From Patescibacteria group bacterium (lineage in GTDB: Bacteria; Patescibacteriota; Kazan-3B-28; UBA10110), in NCBI GenBank assembly GCA_041652335.1, contig JBAZHL010000001.1:1-46851 (forward strand): 46,851 bases of DNA, read 5' to 3'. A program made the translations under genes and the position numbers. Position 1 is the stretch's first letter. Each line of letters starts with the position of its first letter. The notes under the pieces were generated by a model. It was not told the DNA's origin and did not search any database. It was given only the letters and a program-made list of their open reading frames with translations. Positions 43,481 to 46,851 of the stretch are shown here, in pieces.

Positions 43481-45736
43481 TTACAAGAAAGCGTTTAGCC
43501 GGGATATGTCGATTAGAGCGCGGTGTTTAAGAGTAAACATCTCCTCTTGCAACCGGGAAAATTCCCGCACTCGTTCAATTAATTTTACGTCACTACCAGC
43601 CAAGATCGGATCGCTAAGCTGCTCACCTAATATTCTTAAGCGAGTGCCAATCTTGCCGTACTCTCCGATAATCCCCTCAAGATCGGAGTAAGCGGTGGTC
43701 ACCATCTCTGGGGGTTCCTCGCCGTTACCGGCCAAGCCCCCCAGCCTTTGGTTTACCAAATCTTTTAGTGTACCCGCCTCGGGATTAGAGCCAGTGGGCC
43801 AATACTGTTCAACAAAATCAATCTGTACTTTTAACACCTCCTGTTCCTGACCAATATCTCCCCACAGTTCGACCCCTCCTCCACTTAGATAGTACTCAAG
43901 TCGCAAATCTTGCACCTCTCTCCATACCCCGATCGGTTGGCGAGTGCTACCATCCGATTCGTACAGTCGAGTGTCGGCCAGATCGATACCATGCCGCCGA
44001 CTATAGCGCTTAGCTATTTTATACAATCCCTTTGCCCACCAAAACAGTGACCAAGCTCTGGCTAATCTCCCCTCGCGAGAGATCAGTAGGTTGATGGGGA
44101 GTTTGTCTAACTGCTCCATAACCGAATCGATAGCTCCCGGCGTCGATTCGCGAAGCTTCGCTATCGCTGAATCCAGGATCTGCAAAAGTTTGTTGTTAGT
44201 TGTAGTCTCTGTTTCCTTATCCTCTTCGCGGACGATGTCAGCCGAGTGTCGGCTTTGGCCAAAAGCGTATTCCATGTTTTTGCGAACCTCCCCCAAGCGG
44301 ATCGGTGTCATCTGCCAGTCAACCAGTAATGGCAATTGGCGATCGGACAAAATCCTCCAGGCATTGCCCAAGGCGTGCTGGGCAGTCTGTTTTAATGATG
44401 CGACATAGGCAGCATCCTCCATCTTAGAGTCCGTAAACTGTTCGGATAGAAAGATGGCCTCACCTAAGTAGCGCCGCTCAATCCGATCAATCCGCTCATG
44501 GGCGGTTAACAGATTTTCCTCCCAAGTGGTTTTAATGCGCATCTCCAGTTCTTTTTCCGAGACAGATTCGCCGGTTGTCTGAGCCTCTGTCCTGATTCTG
44601 GCCTCGATCATCTTGAGATCCAACTCGAGGCCACTGAGTACTCCTTTGTATGACCCATCGGCGCTACCGTATAGCTCCATCTTAAACATCTGTTCCCACG
44701 AAGAGTTGTACGCCGCATTTAGCCGACGATTAGCGGAGTTAGCTCGTGGTCGGAAGGTTTCCATTAATAAACGTAGGCGATCAGCCGGATGCTCGCGGTA
44801 TTTCTCATACGATCTGGATTCGGGGTCTATCCCCAGCATTTTTTTTCGCAGCTCGTCTACGTTCCTTTCGATCTTTTCTGAGGCTTCCTGGAGCTGTTTT
44901 TTATCTTTGCTATCCGGCATCTCCGCGACGGACGATTGCTGATCTTTTTTAAATCCCTTTGGCCCAATAACTAACACCGGGTTGGGCTCAGCCTTCCCTT
45001 TTCCCTTTTTGGTCTGGGGGGATAACAGTGTATCGAGCTCAGCTAAGGTTAGCTGTTTTATCCCTGGCTTTGTTGGATCAGGTTGGAGGCGCGGATCTCG
45101 CATTAAAATCACCTGCTTACCAGTGGCCGGATCCTTGGCCATATGGATCAATACCCCGTGTTTTAACGGATGTCCTTGGCTGTCTAATCCCCCGTCCACT
45201 AATATGATTAATGCCCGACCCTGTTTAATATGTTCGTGTGCCGATATTGGATCTGTAGTGGTTTCGGCAAAATATCCATTCTCTTTGATCAATTGCCCTG
45301 CCTGATTTAATTTAATACCGCTTTTTTCATCAAAACCATGACGCTCGGCCATTTTTAGCAAAGTGTCTTCGAGTAACTTCCGGCCATCGGGATTTTCTAA
45401 TCCCTTTTCCGCAAAAACATATTGACGAGCGTTCATCCAACAAGCGACCACACAGGCAAAGGGGTGGGATTGTTTGTGAGTCTCGCCAAACTGTTCCGCT
45501 AAAGTCGCCCTAGCTGAACCTGACTCTGGTGTGGGCGCCGGGGTGGCTATTCTCCTCTCCGCTCGCAAGGGTTGGGTGGTAGCGGCCTCGGCCGCCGTTG
45601 CCTGCGATGGTAATCCTAAACTTTTAGTCAGAAACTCTTCCGGATCGTCCCCGCGATGGGGCGGCGTCGGATCGGTTGGGGTTGGAGGTATGCCCAGCTC
45701 CGTCAAAAAATCATTGGGGTCTAACGGACCACTCAT
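43481..45736 (-). CDS. Uncharacterised 751-aa protein with N-proximal papain-like (C39-like) cysteine peptidase signature and a long helical C-terminal region
   Basis: Pro-rich first ~80 aa. Then QSHPFACVVACWMN (Gln89, 6 residues before Cys95), LKHGVLIHMA (His193) and VILMRDP (Asp214), in the order and spacing of papain-fold/C39-like peptidases (nt ~45077-45484). The remaining ~530 aa are charged and helical with no motif I recognise. I see no signal peptide or TM segment. Confidence 0.55.
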   Translation of the reverse strand: MSGPLDPNDFLTELGIPPTPTDPTPPHRGDDPEEFLTKSLGLPSQATAAEAATTQPLRAERRIATPAPTPESGSARATLAEQFGETHKQSHPFACVVACWMNARQYVFAEKGLENPDGRKLLEDTLLKMAERHGFDEKSGIKLNQAGQLIKENGYFAETTTDPISAHEHIKQGRALIILVDGGLDSQGHPLKHGVLIHMAKDPATGKQVILMRDPRLQPDPTKPGIKQLTLAELDTLLSPQTKKGKGKAEPNPVLVIGPKGFKKDQQSSVAEMPDSKDKKQLQEASEKIERNVDELRKKMLGIDPESRSYEKYREHPADRLRLLMETFRPRANSANRRLNAAYNSSWEQMFKMELYGSADGSYKGVLSGLELDLKMIEARIRTEAQTTGESVSEKELEMRIKTTWEENLLTAHERIDRIERRYLGEAIFLSEQFTDSKMEDAAYVASLKQTAQHALGNAWRILSDRQLPLLVDWQMTPIRLGEVRKNMEYAFGQSRHSADIVREEDKETETTTNNKLLQILDSAIAKLRESTPGAIDSVMEQLDKLPINLLISREGRLARAWSLFWWAKGLYKIAKRYSRRHGIDLADTRLYESDGSTRQPIGVWREVQDLRLEYYLSGGGVELWGDIGQEQEVLKVQIDFVEQYWPTGSNPEAGTLKDLVNQRLGGLAGNGEEPPEMVTTAYSDLEGIIGEYGKIGTRLRILGEQLSDPILAGSDVKLIERVREFSRLQEEMFTLKHRALIDISRLNAFL

Positions 45737-46785
45737 TTGTTTTCCTCCTTATTCCAGACATACATACTGTTACGCAGGATTTCTCCACCGCGTTTTCTCT
45801 GCATCTCCCTAAATTGCTTTAGTAACCAGGGGTTGCCGTGGGCAAAGGCGGTAACGGAAGATAGGCTGCCAGCCGCGTCTAATCCCATAATAATCCTGCC
45901 GGTCACCCCGTTGACCATCAATATGTCAGTAGGATCTATGCCCATTATTTTTAATGGATCAGGCTCCGTGCTGCCTCTTTCCGGCTGCCACTTTCTCTTA
46001 TCAGTAAACACTTTATCCCCTCCTGGGGTGGGTCTAATATCGCCAGCTTTCTCCCATTCCTCGATCTTGGCCTGTGCCTTAGCGACATCCAGCCGCAAGC
46101 GTTTTAAAACCTTTTCCGGGTGCTTCATCCCCACCACTTGCTCCAATTGTTTTAGGGTAAACTGCCTTTTGTAATTACTTCCAGTCAGCATCATCAAACG
46201 CATAAATTCTTCCCGATACCCGCTCCCCAATTTGTAGTTTCCCCACCAGTCCTTTGGATTTATTTCCCCTCGCTCATCCGTCACTCGGGCATTCATTAAG
46301 CCGAAAGCATTAGTCAGCGTCTGATTAATGTCAAACTGTTCCCCAGAGTTACGATCGGGGTAATAATTCTTGTTATCTTGGGCGTCTACAAAATCCACTA
46401 AGTGTTTAATCCGTACGCCGCGGTTGCGCTCGCTTTTTATTACACTAAGATAGGCATCGGTTGGCATTTGAGCTAATCTATCTTCTGGAACCTCAGGCGC
46501 GGGCAAGGCTCCTAATTGTATCAGCCAGTCGTACACTTTTTTGGCGCTGCAACCAGTGTAGGGCGAAGACTGTCGCCCGTGGTGCTCAAAGTACATTCGG
46601 CCAAAAACTATTGTCTTGTCGTCTGGAGTAATCACCGTAGTCAAATGCGAGGCCAGACTGTCTCGGTGTGGATCCCGATATTTTTCTATTTCATCGTCCT
46701 CAAACAGTGGGGTCCAGACGTCGGTCTCAGACGATGCGGATATATCCATTATTATCCCGATCCCCAAGTGGCTGGGGTCAGCCAT
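45733..46785 (-). CDS. Uncharacterised protein, upstream partner of the peptidase-like gene (possibly 5'-truncated by the window edge)
   Basis: 350-codon ORF from the first in-window ATG. Its reading frame stays open all the way to 46851, so the true N-terminus may lie outside the window. Its stop overlaps the downstream start (ATGA at 45733-45736). I recognise no motif. Confidence 0.5.
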   Translation of the reverse strand: MADPSHLGIGIIMDISASSETDVWTPLFEDDEIEKYRDPHRDSLASHLTTVITPDDKTIVFGRMYFEHHGRQSSPYTGCSAKKVYDWLIQLGALPAPEVPEDRLAQMPTDAYLSVIKSERNRGVRIKHLVDFVDAQDNKNYYPDRNSGEQFDINQTLTNAFGLMNARVTDERGEINPKDWWGNYKLGSGYREEFMRLMMLTGSNYKRQFTLKQLEQVVGMKHPEKVLKRLRLDVAKAQAKIEEWEKAGDIRPTPGGDKVFTDKRKWQPERGSTEPDPLKIMGIDPTDILMVNGVTGRIIMGLDAAGSLSSVTAFAHGNPWLLKQFREMQRKRGGEILRNSMYVWNKEENK

Positions 46786-46851
46786 AAAGTCCTTAAATTC
46801 CTTATGTGAAACATAATGGACGGGGGTATCTTTGTTGATTACTCCGGCCTG

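Noticed and set aside
43506-46174. Plus-strand ORFs (61-145 aa) antisense to the peptidase-like gene pair
   Set aside because: All are shorter than the minus-strand frames and nested within them, with Ser/Arg/Leu/Cys-rich antisense-type composition. I keep the long minus-strand ORFs.
1-46851. Search for tRNA, rRNA, tmRNA, RNase P RNA and transposase or integrase genes
   Set aside because: Every intergenic stretch over 100 nt (2450-2688, 11165-11356, 16531-16643, 18848-19026, 20422-20682, 38375-38507, 43363-43480) is accounted for by repeats, hairpins or origin-like sequence. None shows a cloverleaf or conserved RNA motif that I can recognise. No ORF has recombinase motifs.

Overview
This window reads as an origin-proximal chromosomal segment of a small-genome, CPR/Patescibacteria-like bacterium (Microgenomates-like is my guess, from gene content and repeat types only). 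GC is mid-range, about 45-53% in the lines I counted. It carries the replication-origin block dnaA-dnaN-recF-dciA on the minus strand, facing rpmH-rnpA-yidD-yidC-jag on the plus strand. Other housekeeping genes are valS, tsaD, a FemAB-family transferase, murE, polA, mutM, holA, rpsT, nrnA, rpsO, pnp, a family-4 UDG, rnj and hppA. There is also a PilB-type pilus ATPase and a roughly 6-kb envelope-glycan operon (flippase, two GT4 glycosyltransferases, two O-antigen-ligase-like proteins). I found no rRNA, tRNA, CRISPR array, transposase or integrase. Five things are not explained by housekeeping. (1) An orphan 940-aa protein has a C-terminal PD-(D/E)xK (Mrr-like) nuclease signature behind about 700 aa that I cannot assign. 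(2) A translationally coupled gene pair at the right edge encodes an unknown protein plus a 751-aa protein with a papain/C39-like Cys-His-Asp peptidase signature. (3) An AT-rich HEPN-motif gene and a small partner sit between polA and mutM. (4) A single high-GC gmd gene looks horizontally acquired. (5) A family of short palindromic GTCATT... repeats occurs in intergenic regions and also in frame inside mutM and at the recF 3' end. All domain calls come from motif recognition by eye. No database search was run.
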